Shown here piece by piece: positions 47,412 to 56,504 of a stretch of DNA of 64,000 nt. The notes below the pieces were generated by a model. It saw only the letters and a program-made list of their open reading frames with translations. It did no database searches and was not told the origin of the DNA. The stretch is from contig CAWBMP010000004.1 in NCBI GenBank assembly GCA_963790025.1, positions 320,001-384,000 of the forward strand. Reading direction: 5' to 3'. Position numbers and translations under genes: made by a program. The stretch's first letter is position 1; each line of letters begins with the position of its first letter. The DNA comes from Nitrospirota bacterium. Its GTDB lineage: Bacteria > Nitrospirota > Thermodesulfovibrionia > Thermodesulfovibrionales > Dissulfurispiraceae.

Positions 47412-48799
47412 TGCCTGCCATATCAGGCTTTCCTAAAGCGTTTGGCGTGTATTTTGACAACATTGCCAGATGGGACCCTTCAAGTTTCCATGGGATTATT
47501 TGGCATTGGCCGAAAACCCATATGTTCCCCATTGGTACCGTTATAAATCAGAGAAAAGAGAAAGTTGATCGCAGTAAATTTAATTTTACAGAGCTTCAAC
47601 CTGTAACAATCCATTTTGATGGATCTATTGCCAGGAGAAACGTTGACTCATCACGTGAATACACTATGGATCTGTATTTTGCCAGACCCGGCGACATTGT
47701 AGTGGCAAAGATTGATTTAAAAAATGGAGCTGTCGCAATTGTACCTGATCAATGGCGCAATGTTGTTGTTACTGGTCATTTTGCAGTCTATGAGCCGGAG
47801 TGTTCAAGAATTTTACCTGAATTTTTCCATCGCATTATACAGGCAAGTTTTTTTAAAGATCATCTATGGCGAAATAAGGTTGGCGCTGAAGGAAGAAAAG
47901 AAGTGAAGCTCGATTATTTTGAATCCCTTGAGATTCCCATACCGCCTCTTCCAATCCAGCAAAAGATTATCAAAAAATGGCGCACTGCTCAAAACGAAAT
48001 TAAGGAGGCGACAGAAAGAGTAAATAGCCTTGGGAAAAAACTTGCAGAAAGTGCATTAATAGATGCCGGAATTGAACTTTTACCACTGAAACAACGCTCA
48101 AAGTCATTCGGAATTTATTCGGACGAAATTGAAAGATGGGGCGTCGAATTTAACCGCTGGATATGGAAATTATCTGAACTGCTTTTCTCACATAAGTATC
48201 CCATGGTAGTGTTGTCCGATGAAGCCCTCATAAATCCGTCAGACAACGTTTTATCGTCTGATGATAAATTGGTTTCCTTTGTCCCTATGGAAGCTGTTTC
48301 AGACAAAACCGGCGAGATTTCGGCTCCACAGATTCGCAAATGTCGTGAAGTAAAGAATGGATACACACGGTTTAGTAATGAAGATGTCATATGGGCCAAA
48401 ATAACGCCATGCATGCAAAACGGGAAATGTGCTGTTGCAAGAAATCTGGAGAATGGTATTGGCTTCGGATCAACAGAGTTCCATGTGGTCAGAACAAAAA
48501 ATAAATATAGGCTTGTCCCCGATTATATCTGGACTTTGCTTCGGCTCGATCATTTACGCCACGCCGCACAGAGATATTTTATTGGCTCTGCCGGACAACA
48601 GCGCGTTCCTGCTGATTTTCTTGCAAACCTTCAAATCCCTTTTCCCCCTGTTGAGATTCAAAAAACCATTGTTAACAGTGTAAAAAAGGCTTTCTCGGAA
48701 ATTGCCCGTGAACGTGAAGCAGCTGAAAGAAAATCCTGGGAAATTAAGACTGAAATAGAAGCTATGATTCTTGGGACAAGGAAAATCGAAGATTTATGA
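47408..48799 (+). CDS. Restriction-modification specificity (S) subunit, two TRDs
   Basis: IPIPPLPIQQKI and IPFPPVEIQKTI conserved regions, AKITPCMQNGK, GSTEFHV, GSAGQQRV. Confidence 0.9.
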   Translation: MMPAISGFPKAFGVYFDNIARWDPSSFHGIIWHWPKTHMFPIGTVINQRKEKVDRSKFNFTELQPVTIHFDGSIARRNVDSSREYTMDLYFARPGDIVVAKIDLKNGAVAIVPDQWRNVVVTGHFAVYEPECSRILPEFFHRIIQASFFKDHLWRNKVGAEGRKEVKLDYFESLEIPIPPLPIQQKIIKKWRTAQNEIKEATERVNSLGKKLAESALIDAGIELLPLKQRSKSFGIYSDEIERWGVEFNRWIWKLSELLFSHKYPMVVLSDEALINPSDNVLSSDDKLVSFVPMEAVSDKTGEISAPQIRKCREVKNGYTRFSNEDVIWAKITPCMQNGKCAVARNLENGIGFGSTEFHVVRTKNKYRLVPDYIWTLLRLDHLRHAAQRYFIGSAGQQRVPADFLANLQIPFPPVEIQKTIVNSVKKAFSEIAREREAAERKSWEIKTEIEAMILGTRKIEDL

Positions 48800-48880
48800 C
48801 GAAAATTGAAAAACAAGCAGCCCCGGTAAAAAGCGTTATAATAACTAGAGTGGCAAGTAAATTAGCTATGGAGGTCTTAC

Positions 48881-49081
48881 ATGAGCAAGGTTATTAGTAC
48901 AAAGCCCCAGGTTATCCTGAAAAATGGCAAGCCTGATGCTGTGATAATTAACATCAAAGATTATCATAAGATGCTTGATCGCCTTGAAGACAAGGAAGAC
49001 CTTGCTGAGCTTGAGAGGATGCGTAAAGGACGGCTGAAATTCAGAAAATTTGATGTTTTCCTCTCAGAACATAAGTCATGA
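48881..49081 (+). CDS. Phd/YefM family antitoxin
   Basis: PQVILKNGKPDAVIINIKDY. Confidence 0.85.
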   Translation: MSKVISTKPQVILKNGKPDAVIINIKDYHKMLDRLEDKEDLAELERMRKGRLKFRKFDVFLSEHKS

Positions 49082-49341
49082 AGTATGAGTTGTTTATCGA
49101 AGGTCGGGCAGAAAAAGATTTAAAAAAACTTGACACTTCCCTTTTTAAACTTATCATAACCGAGATTAAGAATTTAGCAGACAATCCCCACCCTCATAAC
49201 AGCAAGAAAATCACGGGCTCAAAAAATGACTGGCGGATAAGAATTGGAGATTACAGAGTCCTCTATGAAATTGACAACAAAGATCAAATAATAAAAATCA
49301 TGAGAGTGAAACACCGGCGCGAAGCCTACAGAAATAATTAA
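49078..49341 (+). CDS. RelE/ParE family toxin
   Basis: AEKDLKKL, WRIRIGDYRVLYEI, HRREAY; overlaps the antitoxin stop. Confidence 0.9.
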   Translation: MKYELFIEGRAEKDLKKLDTSLFKLIITEIKNLADNPHPHNSKKITGSKNDWRIRIGDYRVLYEIDNKDQIIKIMRVKHRREAYRNN

Positions 49342-49538
49342 ACGGTTGTGTGAGGTCAGGACTTGCCGTATGAACCCGCGTGCTAATTTCGTGCTACTTT
49401 AGATGTTACAATAGGTAGTAATATGTCAGTATTTGAAAAAAACAATAATTTAGATTAAAAAGTTAACTAATTGATTCTAATATCAAATAGTATTTATTTT
49501 AGGTATTTCAAAAAATTTTGAGTAGCTTATTCTTATAT

Positions 49539-49583
49539 CTCTCAAGGCTAAAACACGGGTTCGAATCCCGTTGGGACCGCCAA
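49539..49583 (+). repeat. att site (distal direct repeat, 3' half of tRNA-Glu)
   Basis: Identical to 40007-40051. Confidence 0.92.
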
Positions 49584-49631
49584 ACCTTCGCAAGGACCCT
49601 TTAGGTTGAAGGCATGGTGTAAAAACCTTAT

Positions 49632-49800
49632 CAGACGCTATCGATAAAGACCTAATTGGGCATGTATTTCTTCCCTGTTGAACTTGTAGTCTTTAGGAAG
49701 CGATACATTGTATCGGTTAAAAATATCCTCAAGATTTTTTTTCGGTCTTTAGCGGATTTGAGAATTGTTATGTGCTGGCCTTTTAGAATTTTAGCCGTCT
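49632..49800 (-). pseudogene. Degraded antitoxin + PIN (VapC-like) toxin start
   Basis: Minus strand reads ...LEDIFNRYNVSLPKDYKFNREEIH after a frameshift in an A8 run, then MPN*VFIDS with an in-frame TAG and truncation. Confidence 0.5.
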
Positions 49801-49803
49801 TTT

Positions 49804-50004
49804 TCAACTTTTCATCCGCCTTTTCTTCATTTCCTTAACTATGCTCTTGACATCTTCTCCCTTAAGCCACGACTGCCTTTCTTTGGGATAATCTCCGGCG
49901 CCGGTTTCAAATTGCTGTAAAAACCGTGCTATGCCTATAGGCCCTAACTCTTTGACGAACGCCTCTATGCCTTGCTTGCGTAATTTGGCATGACTCAACA
50001 ACAT
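49804..50004 (-). CDS. Small hypothetical, antitoxin-like protein
   Basis: GIEAFVKELGPIGIARFLQQFETGAGDYPKER; resemblance to small proteins found beside PIN genes is from recall. Confidence 0.55.
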   Translation of the reverse strand: MLLSHAKLRKQGIEAFVKELGPIGIARFLQQFETGAGDYPKERQSWLKGEDVKSIVKEMKKRRMKS

Positions 50005-50032
50005 ACTTCAATAACAACTCCTTGATGTTCTT

Positions 50033-50248
50033 TTATGCAAAAATTAACTTGCCTTTTGGTTCAGGTATGGAGCGACCTAATTCTTTTGCTGTTTCTATCC
50101 ACTCCTGTATAACAACCTCGATATTAGCAAGAGCTTTCTTATAGGTAGCTCCATCTGCTGCACAGCCCGGCAACTCCGGCACCTCTGCAATAAATGCCTG
50201 ATCCTCTGCACTCCAATAAATAATGATCTCGTATTTATACTTGCTCAT
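50033..50248 (-). CDS. hicB: HicB family antitoxin
   Basis: FIAEVPELPGCAADGAT...IPEP. Confidence 0.9.
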   Translation of the reverse strand: MSKYKYEIIIYWSAEDQAFIAEVPELPGCAADGATYKKALANIEVVIQEWIETAKELGRSIPEPKGKLIFA

Positions 50249-50501
50249 CTCTCTTCTCTCCTAATTTGTATTTTAATATTACATTGCGAACCTGTTTAAC
50301 CTGATAAGGTTTTGATTTGCCGCCTATTGGCTGCAAATTAAGTATTTCCTCTACTCCCTCTTTTGTAAATATATGATGACTGCTGCGCACCCTTTCTTCA
50401 AAGCCCAAAAACTTCAGCAACCTGCGCAATCCGTCAAAAGGAATGTTGGCATCTGAAGTCCCGCGCAAAATCTGGATCAGAAGCTTCGCATGCTTCGCCA
50501 T
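50235..50501 (-). CDS. hicA: HicA family toxin
   Basis: LGFEERVRSSHHIF, LNLQP, KPYQVKQ; directly upstream of hicB. Confidence 0.85.
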   Translation of the reverse strand: MAKHAKLLIQILRGTSDANIPFDGLRRLLKFLGFEERVRSSHHIFTKEGVEEILNLQPIGGKSKPYQVKQVRNVILKYKLGEKRDEQV

Positions 50502-50810
50502 ATTGATAATTATAATATATGGCTTGCTTTTCGTATATACTTTATTTGCCTTACATTCATTTTCATGTAATAAGCTTTCATACCTTTAAAACCGTGACCA
50601 AAACGTGACAGAAAATATCTTAAGCAATATAAATTATCGGAATAGATAGAAGTGATAGAAGTGTAAATCTATTTCTTATTCAATCATGTTTTAATAAACT
50701 CAAGCTGGTGGCCCAGTTACAAAAATGATTAAATTCCGCTCTCTATGATAAATGGCAATATATTTTTTACACTTTCAAGCGGAGCGACAAGGCCAATCTC
50801 ATACAAACGT

Positions 50811-52400
50811 TTATTTAATACGAAGTTCTGATTGAAAAGAGGCTTCAAGCGCCACATTCTTCACTAGCCGCTCTTTCGAATAGCCAGGATAAATATTGTT
50901 TATTATGCTTAGTATAAACTGGATATGACCTTTATCCTTTATGAAGGGCACTAATAAAGAAGCCGCCAAACTTCTGAAGAGGACGTAATCAGCGGGTAAC
51001 TCATCTTTAAAGCGCCATTTCCTGTCGACAAAGCCGATAGAGCCAGTGTCAGGTAAACTTATCAGGTTCCACAAGACGTAGTCTACAGCATTTCCATCAA
51101 CCAGGTCATAACCTTCTTCATCCTTCCGGTTTTTGGAGTAATCGGCAAGGAGGCACCCATGTAATTTTCGCATAATATTAATAATCTTATTTTCGCTATT
51201 TTGTGAAACTAACGCCCTATAAGCTTCGAAGATCAGCAGATCGCCATTCAGAAACTTATCCGTTTCGATGAGATTAAAGGCGGAATTTTGAGTATTATAC
51301 GAAGTCTTACCGGTATCTATCGGATGGCGGTTTACAAGATATTGTTTGTTTTCGTCTTTAAGAAGTGTTATCACATGGCGGTATGCCGAATTATACATTT
51401 CGCTATTGGAAAACTTCTTGATATGCCATGGCGCTCTCAAGTTCTTTTCCCCTGACTTGCTGGCAAGCACCAGAAATGAATTTGAGAAATGCCAAAAAAG
51501 CCCGGCTTTAACCAGATTCTTGAGAAAAAGAGATTCGGGGAATAAATAAAGTCTCTTGCCCGAATAATCCTCAAATGGAGTTTTTATCCAGTTGTGCAGA
51601 CTCAGTGACAGAATCTCATTGTCCTCCTTCATAAAGGTTTCCGGTAATTTATAATCGGGGAATGCATGATAAAACTGGATATTTTCAAATCCGGCTGCCG
51701 TTAGTATGGCCTGCAGTTCATTCCTGCCGAATGTGACCGCGGTATTATTTGGATACCCGATCAATCCTTCGAAATGCCTGTTTGTGTGGTCTTCCGTGCA
51801 GCCGCTGAAATATTTTGCCCCAAATTTATTCTCAATTGCTATTAATAGCACCCCGTCTTCCGCGAGGGATGATTTCAGTTTTTGCAGAAAAGCAATGCAG
51901 GAAGTTTCGGGTGAGGCATCATTTTTTGCAAGTGAGGGAATGTACTCCATTACGCCTATGAGCGTTACAAGCCCGTACTTTTCAGAACTGAATGCTATAT
52001 CCAGCATGTCGCTGCAGTACACGTTCACATTGTGAAGGTCTCTGGTACGCTTTCTTGTGACGAGGGCCCGGGGCCGGCTCCCCTCTATCGCATCAACTCC
52101 GGAAAAGCTTTCACCAAGCCACCTGGTTATAGCTCCGCACCCTGAACCGAGTTCGAGGACATATGCATCCCTGTCAAGGACATCCGAAACAGCCTTCAGA
52201 ATATTTGCTCTCCGCAGAGAAAGGTGGTACTTCGTAGGCCAATCCTTGATATAAGGAAGCAATTCCGGAGAATAACTTGTCACGTCTTTGAGGTTGCTAA
52301 AAACATTCAAAAGGTATTCTTCACTGCCATCCGAGTAATTCAGGAATGCTCCAGGACGAGTATATATACCCAATGTCTCATCGAAAACAAAGTTTTTCAT
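50811..52400 (-). CDS. Class I SAM-dependent methyltransferase (glycan-associated type)
   Basis: VLELGSGCGAITR, LIGVMEY, IAIENKFGAKYF, FPDYKLP. Confidence 0.85.
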   Translation of the reverse strand: MKNFVFDETLGIYTRPGAFLNYSDGSEEYLLNVFSNLKDVTSYSPELLPYIKDWPTKYHLSLRRANILKAVSDVLDRDAYVLELGSGCGAITRWLGESFSGVDAIEGSRPRALVTRKRTRDLHNVNVYCSDMLDIAFSSEKYGLVTLIGVMEYIPSLAKNDASPETSCIAFLQKLKSSLAEDGVLLIAIENKFGAKYFSGCTEDHTNRHFEGLIGYPNNTAVTFGRNELQAILTAAGFENIQFYHAFPDYKLPETFMKEDNEILSLSLHNWIKTPFEDYSGKRLYLFPESLFLKNLVKAGLFWHFSNSFLVLASKSGEKNLRAPWHIKKFSNSEMYNSAYRHVITLLKDENKQYLVNRHPIDTGKTSYNTQNSAFNLIETDKFLNGDLLIFEAYRALVSQNSENKIINIMRKLHGCLLADYSKNRKDEEGYDLVDGNAVDYVLWNLISLPDTGSIGFVDRKWRFKDELPADYVLFRSLAASLLVPFIKDKGHIQFILSIINNIYPGYSKERLVKNVALEASFQSELRIK

Positions 52401-52412
52401 CCCTTTTTCTCC

Positions 52413-54731
52413 TTATTTGGAGATTCCGCTCACAGACAATAAAAACTGTTCGAGTTCTCTTACCGAGTCCGGATTTTCGTAAAAAATATGGTTCCCCTCC
52501 TGTATCTTTTCACTTAGTTGTTTTTTCCAGTCCGCATCATTCGCAAGCCGTACCGCCCGTTGAATATATTGCTCGCTATCGTTACAGACCAGGTCCATGA
52601 CATTCATTTTCTTGTAGTAGGCGTATGTAAAACGGCTTGCCATGCGGCTTCCGGGCCAGGTTACTATAGGACAACCAACTGAAAAAATTTCCAGGCTCGT
52701 TGTGCCGCCGCAAAAATAAGGGGTATCTAATACTGCATCTGCGCTTCTCATAAAACTGAGAAAATCATTAAAAGAAAGACGCGGCAGGAAAATGATCCTT
52801 TCTGTTACGTCCGGAATTGATTGAAGGAATCTATCCATAAGCAATGTGCTCAAGGGCTTATGCATGGCTTCGAATAAAATCAGCAGGCCATTACTGTCGC
52901 GTCGCAAAATCTCACCTAAAACTGCATCAAAATCCGGATGAAACTTGAATAGGCTTTGAGGCACAACATAAAGCCTGTTTCCGTTTGGCAATCCCACTTT
53001 TTTTCTGATCAGTTGTGTGTCGGTTAATTTAACGCTATCAGGACGGTAAAAATAGTTCGGGATATTTTTCATTCTGACGAGAGATTCCGAATATTGAGTT
53101 TCAGAGCCCTCCGTTTCAAAATCTTCACAGGATATATAAAAATCTATGTTAGGAATCCCGGTTGTATCAGGATGCCCCCACGTTACACACTGCACCGGCG
53201 CCAACCTCGAAAAAGCCAGAAAATAAGTCAGCGCGTCCATTCCGATATCCGTATAAAACAGGATATCCAGCTCACATTCGGCTATCTGCTCACGCGCCTT
53301 TCCCAAGGCTGGAACAAGCGCCACTGATTTATCGGCATTTCTTTCTATGGCGCGTGATATCTCATCGGATTTCTTTTTACCAAAAAAAACATGCACGCTG
53401 AACTGTTGACGCGATAGGTTTGCAATGACCCCCCGGAAATGTTTGCCGATAGTATGATCGTAAAAATTGCTTGAAATAAAACCAATCTTTATTTTTCCAT
53501 GCTTCGCAACTTCTTTTCCCTTTTTGCAGTGAGGCGAAACATAAAGCAAAGATGGGCAGGCATTTATATATAGTTTTGCTATTTTAACCTGCAGGTCCCG
53601 ATTGTTGAGTCCATGATACGCCAGGTAAAAATTGGCTTTGCCGACATCTGCAAGAGGATTATTCAGAATAACTCCCGATTTGAGGAAGTCATCTATTGCG
53701 TGGTCAATCTGCCGGCGATAACGTGAAATATTTTCTCTGGTCGTCATAATTACAGGCAGCAATGTAGCCAATTTTATTCTAATGCCGTCGTTGTGCTTTA
53801 ATTCAATTGCTTTCCGATAACATGCCTTAGCTTTATCAAACTTTCCCATTTTATTGAGAACATTGCCCATATTGTTATAAGCCTGATGATAATCAGGTTT
53901 GAAGGCTATGGCACGGTTGTAGCAGGCTATTGCTTCATCCAGTTTGTCCTGCTCTCTGAGCGCATTGCCTAAATTGTTGTGTGCTTCATGATAGTCAGAT
54001 TTTAACGTCAGGGCCCGCTGGTAACAGGCTATTGCTTCATCCAATTTCCACTGCTCCAGCAACACAACGCCAAGGTTGTTATGCGCCGCATGAAAATCAG
54101 GCTTCAAGGCTATGGCACGGTTGTAACTGCCTATTGCATCATCCAGTCTTCCCTGCTCTTTAAGCGCGTTGCCCAAATTGTTGTGCGCTTCATAAAAATC
54201 AGATTTTATGGCCAGGGCCCGCTGGTAACAGGCTATTGCTTCATCCAATTTCCCTTGCTCCAGCAATACAACGCCAAGGTTGTTATGCGCCGCATGAAAG
54301 TCAGGTTTCAAGGCTATGGCACGGTTGTAACAAGCTATTGCTTCATCTAACTTGCCTTGTTCCACCAACACAACGCCAAGGTTGTTATGCGCCGCATGAA
54401 AATCAGGTTTCAAGGCTATGGCACGGTTGTAACTGGCTATTGCCACATCCGGCTTTTTGAGAGCATGATATACACTCCCGGCTGTATTATGATACAAAAA
54501 AACTGTTTGGTTTATGCCTATAGCCTTTTCAATCAGCTGGACTGCTGCTTCGTTTTTCCCCATTTGATGTGCAATAAGTCCCAGTAAATGTAACGCATCC
54601 GCATTGTCAGGCTCCCTGAGCAAGATTTCATGACAAATCGGCACAGACTGTCTAAGTTCTCCAGCCTGCTGGAGTTTTAAGGCCTGTTGCATGGCGGCAG
54701 AAATATCTAAGGGCCCATTTACATTATTCAT
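52413..54731 (-). CDS. TPR-repeat O-GlcNAc transferase-like protein (GT41/SPINDLY family)
   Basis: Multiple 34-aa TPRs; KIGFIS...HTIG, RLAPVQCVTWGHPDTTG, KFHP, LDT...GGTT. Confidence 0.88.
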   Translation of the reverse strand: MNNVNGPLDISAAMQQALKLQQAGELRQSVPICHEILLREPDNADALHLLGLIAHQMGKNEAAVQLIEKAIGINQTVFLYHNTAGSVYHALKKPDVAIASYNRAIALKPDFHAAHNNLGVVLVEQGKLDEAIACYNRAIALKPDFHAAHNNLGVVLLEQGKLDEAIACYQRALAIKSDFYEAHNNLGNALKEQGRLDDAIGSYNRAIALKPDFHAAHNNLGVVLLEQWKLDEAIACYQRALTLKSDYHEAHNNLGNALREQDKLDEAIACYNRAIAFKPDYHQAYNNMGNVLNKMGKFDKAKACYRKAIELKHNDGIRIKLATLLPVIMTTRENISRYRRQIDHAIDDFLKSGVILNNPLADVGKANFYLAYHGLNNRDLQVKIAKLYINACPSLLYVSPHCKKGKEVAKHGKIKIGFISSNFYDHTIGKHFRGVIANLSRQQFSVHVFFGKKKSDEISRAIERNADKSVALVPALGKAREQIAECELDILFYTDIGMDALTYFLAFSRLAPVQCVTWGHPDTTGIPNIDFYISCEDFETEGSETQYSESLVRMKNIPNYFYRPDSVKLTDTQLIRKKVGLPNGNRLYVVPQSLFKFHPDFDAVLGEILRRDSNGLLILFEAMHKPLSTLLMDRFLQSIPDVTERIIFLPRLSFNDFLSFMRSADAVLDTPYFCGGTTSLEIFSVGCPIVTWPGSRMASRFTYAYYKKMNVMDLVCNDSEQYIQRAVRLANDADWKKQLSEKIQEGNHIFYENPDSVRELEQFLLSVSGISK
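53870..54445 (-). repeat. Near-identical 102-bp TPR-encoding tandem repeats
   Basis: aaggctatggcacggttgta and ccaaggttgttatgcgccgcatgaaa recur at 102/204-bp spacing. Confidence 0.85.
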
Positions 54732-54891
54732 TAATCACTTGAAAATATAAAAAAATTTGGCCAATCGCCGAAAGTTTAGTGCAGCAATTTTGCAGTAGCA
54801 GGCATCCGAAGGGACAGAAAACAGGAGTCGGGCTTCTGTTCTTTGAGCGCCCGACATCGTATGCTTCCTATGGCTTAGGCTACAAGGCCGA

Positions 54892-55656
54892 TTACTGGCT
54901 GAGCATATATTTTCGGTGCTGGAGATAGGCATCCTTGACCGCAATATAAGGATCGACAGCCGCTTCTTTCAAATCCTCGTATTCGCCGATATGCAATGAG
55001 GTGTTATTAAAATATTCATATGCATTGACACCAAGCATGTCCTCTATCGGGGTGATATAATCCATCGGCGTCATGTAGCCGTCACCTACAAAACCGACAG
55101 TGTCCCTCACGGTTGAAGGTCCCAAAAATGGCCAGACAATATATATACCGTTTCCTATGCCATACTTCCCTAATGTCTGGCCCAGGTCCTTATCCTGGCG
55201 CTGGAAATCCGGATTCTGCTTCATAACATCGAACAGTCCGCCTATACCAACCGAGCTGTTTATAACGACGCGGACCAGCTCTATGCCTGCCGCTTTAGGC
55301 TCTCCCTGAAGAAGTGCATTAACAAACCGTACCGGCATTTCAAGATTGCGGAAAAAATTGCGTACCGATGTCCGCGCCACCTCGGGGACTACCGCGTTAT
55401 AGCCGCTTGCAGCCGGTTTCACGAACCAAAAGTACAATTTATCATTAAACCCAAACGCAAAACGGTTCCATGGCTCAATTGGATCAGCTATTGTCTCTCC
55501 TTCAGAGGGTATTTCTTCTTCAGTCTGGGTTTCAACAGCCTCTCCCTTTAATTTTTCTTCTCCGCCCAGAGGTCCGGTGAACGGTGTTTGAGGCCACGAA
55601 GGCGCTGCCAGCGATAACAAAATGACTATAATAATTGCTACATGATGTGTCTTCAT
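54892..55656 (-). CDS. mlaA: VacJ/MlaA family protein
   Basis: DPIEPWNR, NFFRNL, INSSVGIGGLFD, DLGQTLG, PFLGPSTVRD, DPY. Confidence 0.9.
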   Translation of the reverse strand: MKTHHVAIIIVILLSLAAPSWPQTPFTGPLGGEEKLKGEAVETQTEEEIPSEGETIADPIEPWNRFAFGFNDKLYFWFVKPAASGYNAVVPEVARTSVRNFFRNLEMPVRFVNALLQGEPKAAGIELVRVVINSSVGIGGLFDVMKQNPDFQRQDKDLGQTLGKYGIGNGIYIVWPFLGPSTVRDTVGFVGDGYMTPMDYITPIEDMLGVNAYEYFNNTSLHIGEYEDLKEAAVDPYIAVKDAYLQHRKYMLSQ

Positions 55657-55713
55657 GTCTTTATCCCCTTAGATATTATTATACATTTGTCGGAAACAGG
55701 ATGCATGTCCCGG

Positions 55714-56355
55714 CTATTTTTCCTCTTTACGTGAGAAATTTTTGATTTTTTCCCTAAGCATGGCGATCAAGGCATCAAATCCCTTATTTTTAATCACACT
55801 CACAAATTGTGATCGTGTCAGAGCAAGCTGGCTCACTCCGTAAATATGTATGTCCACGATACGCCACAGTGCATCCGTCTTCCTGAGACGATAATGGAAA
55901 TCGACATGCTCGTCATTCGGCTCAATCAGCTTGCTTACAACAGTAACAGTGCCCTGCTCCGGCTTTGACTCCGAAGCTATTTCAAACCGCTCCCCGGAAA
56001 ATTCACTAAAGTTCCCTGCATATGATGCAATGGTCCATTCAGTGTAAGTGTCCAGAAAAGTCTTGCGCTCCTTCTCCTTCAATGTCTTCCAGTAACTCCC
56101 AACAGACGCACCCGCCATGAAAGGAACGGCAAAAGACTCTTTGATGACCGGCTCCAGCAGCTTGTAACGTCCGGCATAGCCGAGTTCATGCCCCTTCATG
56201 GATTCCAAAAGAGATGTATTGAATCTCTTAATAACATCTGCCGGTCCCGCTTCCTCTGCGGCGGCAGAATAGACCACTGTAAAGATGAGGGCGGATAAAA
56301 GAATAAGGCCTGCAAACTGTGATGCAAATTTTTTCCCTGTGTATTGCCCTGGCAT
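55714..56355 (-). CDS. hpnM: MlaC/Ttg2D-like hopanoid-associated periplasmic protein
   Basis: RYKLLEP, WRIVDI..GVSQLALTRSQF; divergent from hpnN. Confidence 0.75.
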   Translation of the reverse strand: MPGQYTGKKFASQFAGLILLSALIFTVVYSAAAEEAGPADVIKRFNTSLLESMKGHELGYAGRYKLLEPVIKESFAVPFMAGASVGSYWKTLKEKERKTFLDTYTEWTIASYAGNFSEFSGERFEIASESKPEQGTVTVVSKLIEPNDEHVDFHYRLRKTDALWRIVDIHIYGVSQLALTRSQFVSVIKNKGFDALIAMLREKIKNFSRKEEK

Positions 56356-56504
56356 TTAAATCATCCTCCAACTAACATTTGTTCTACTTGGTGACTAGTC
56401 TTTTCTGCTATTATAATAAATAATCGGAAATTTTTGATATTACTTTATCACAAATTCAGAAACTCCCCAATAAACTGCACTCTGGGGTTCCGTAAGGAAA
56501 GTGA

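Larger units (their letters stand above)
40007..49583. mobile_element. Integrative genomic (defence) island in tRNA-Glu
   Basis: Identical 45-bp direct repeats at 40007-40051 and 49539-49583; integrase next to the tRNA; visibly AT-rich interior. Confidence 0.93.

Noticed and set aside
49539..49583. Possible extra tRNA
   Set aside because: Only the 3' half is present; it is the att duplication
53870..54445. Regularly spaced repeats resembling a CRISPR array
   Set aside because: 102-bp in-frame TPR codons, no unique spacers, no cas genes
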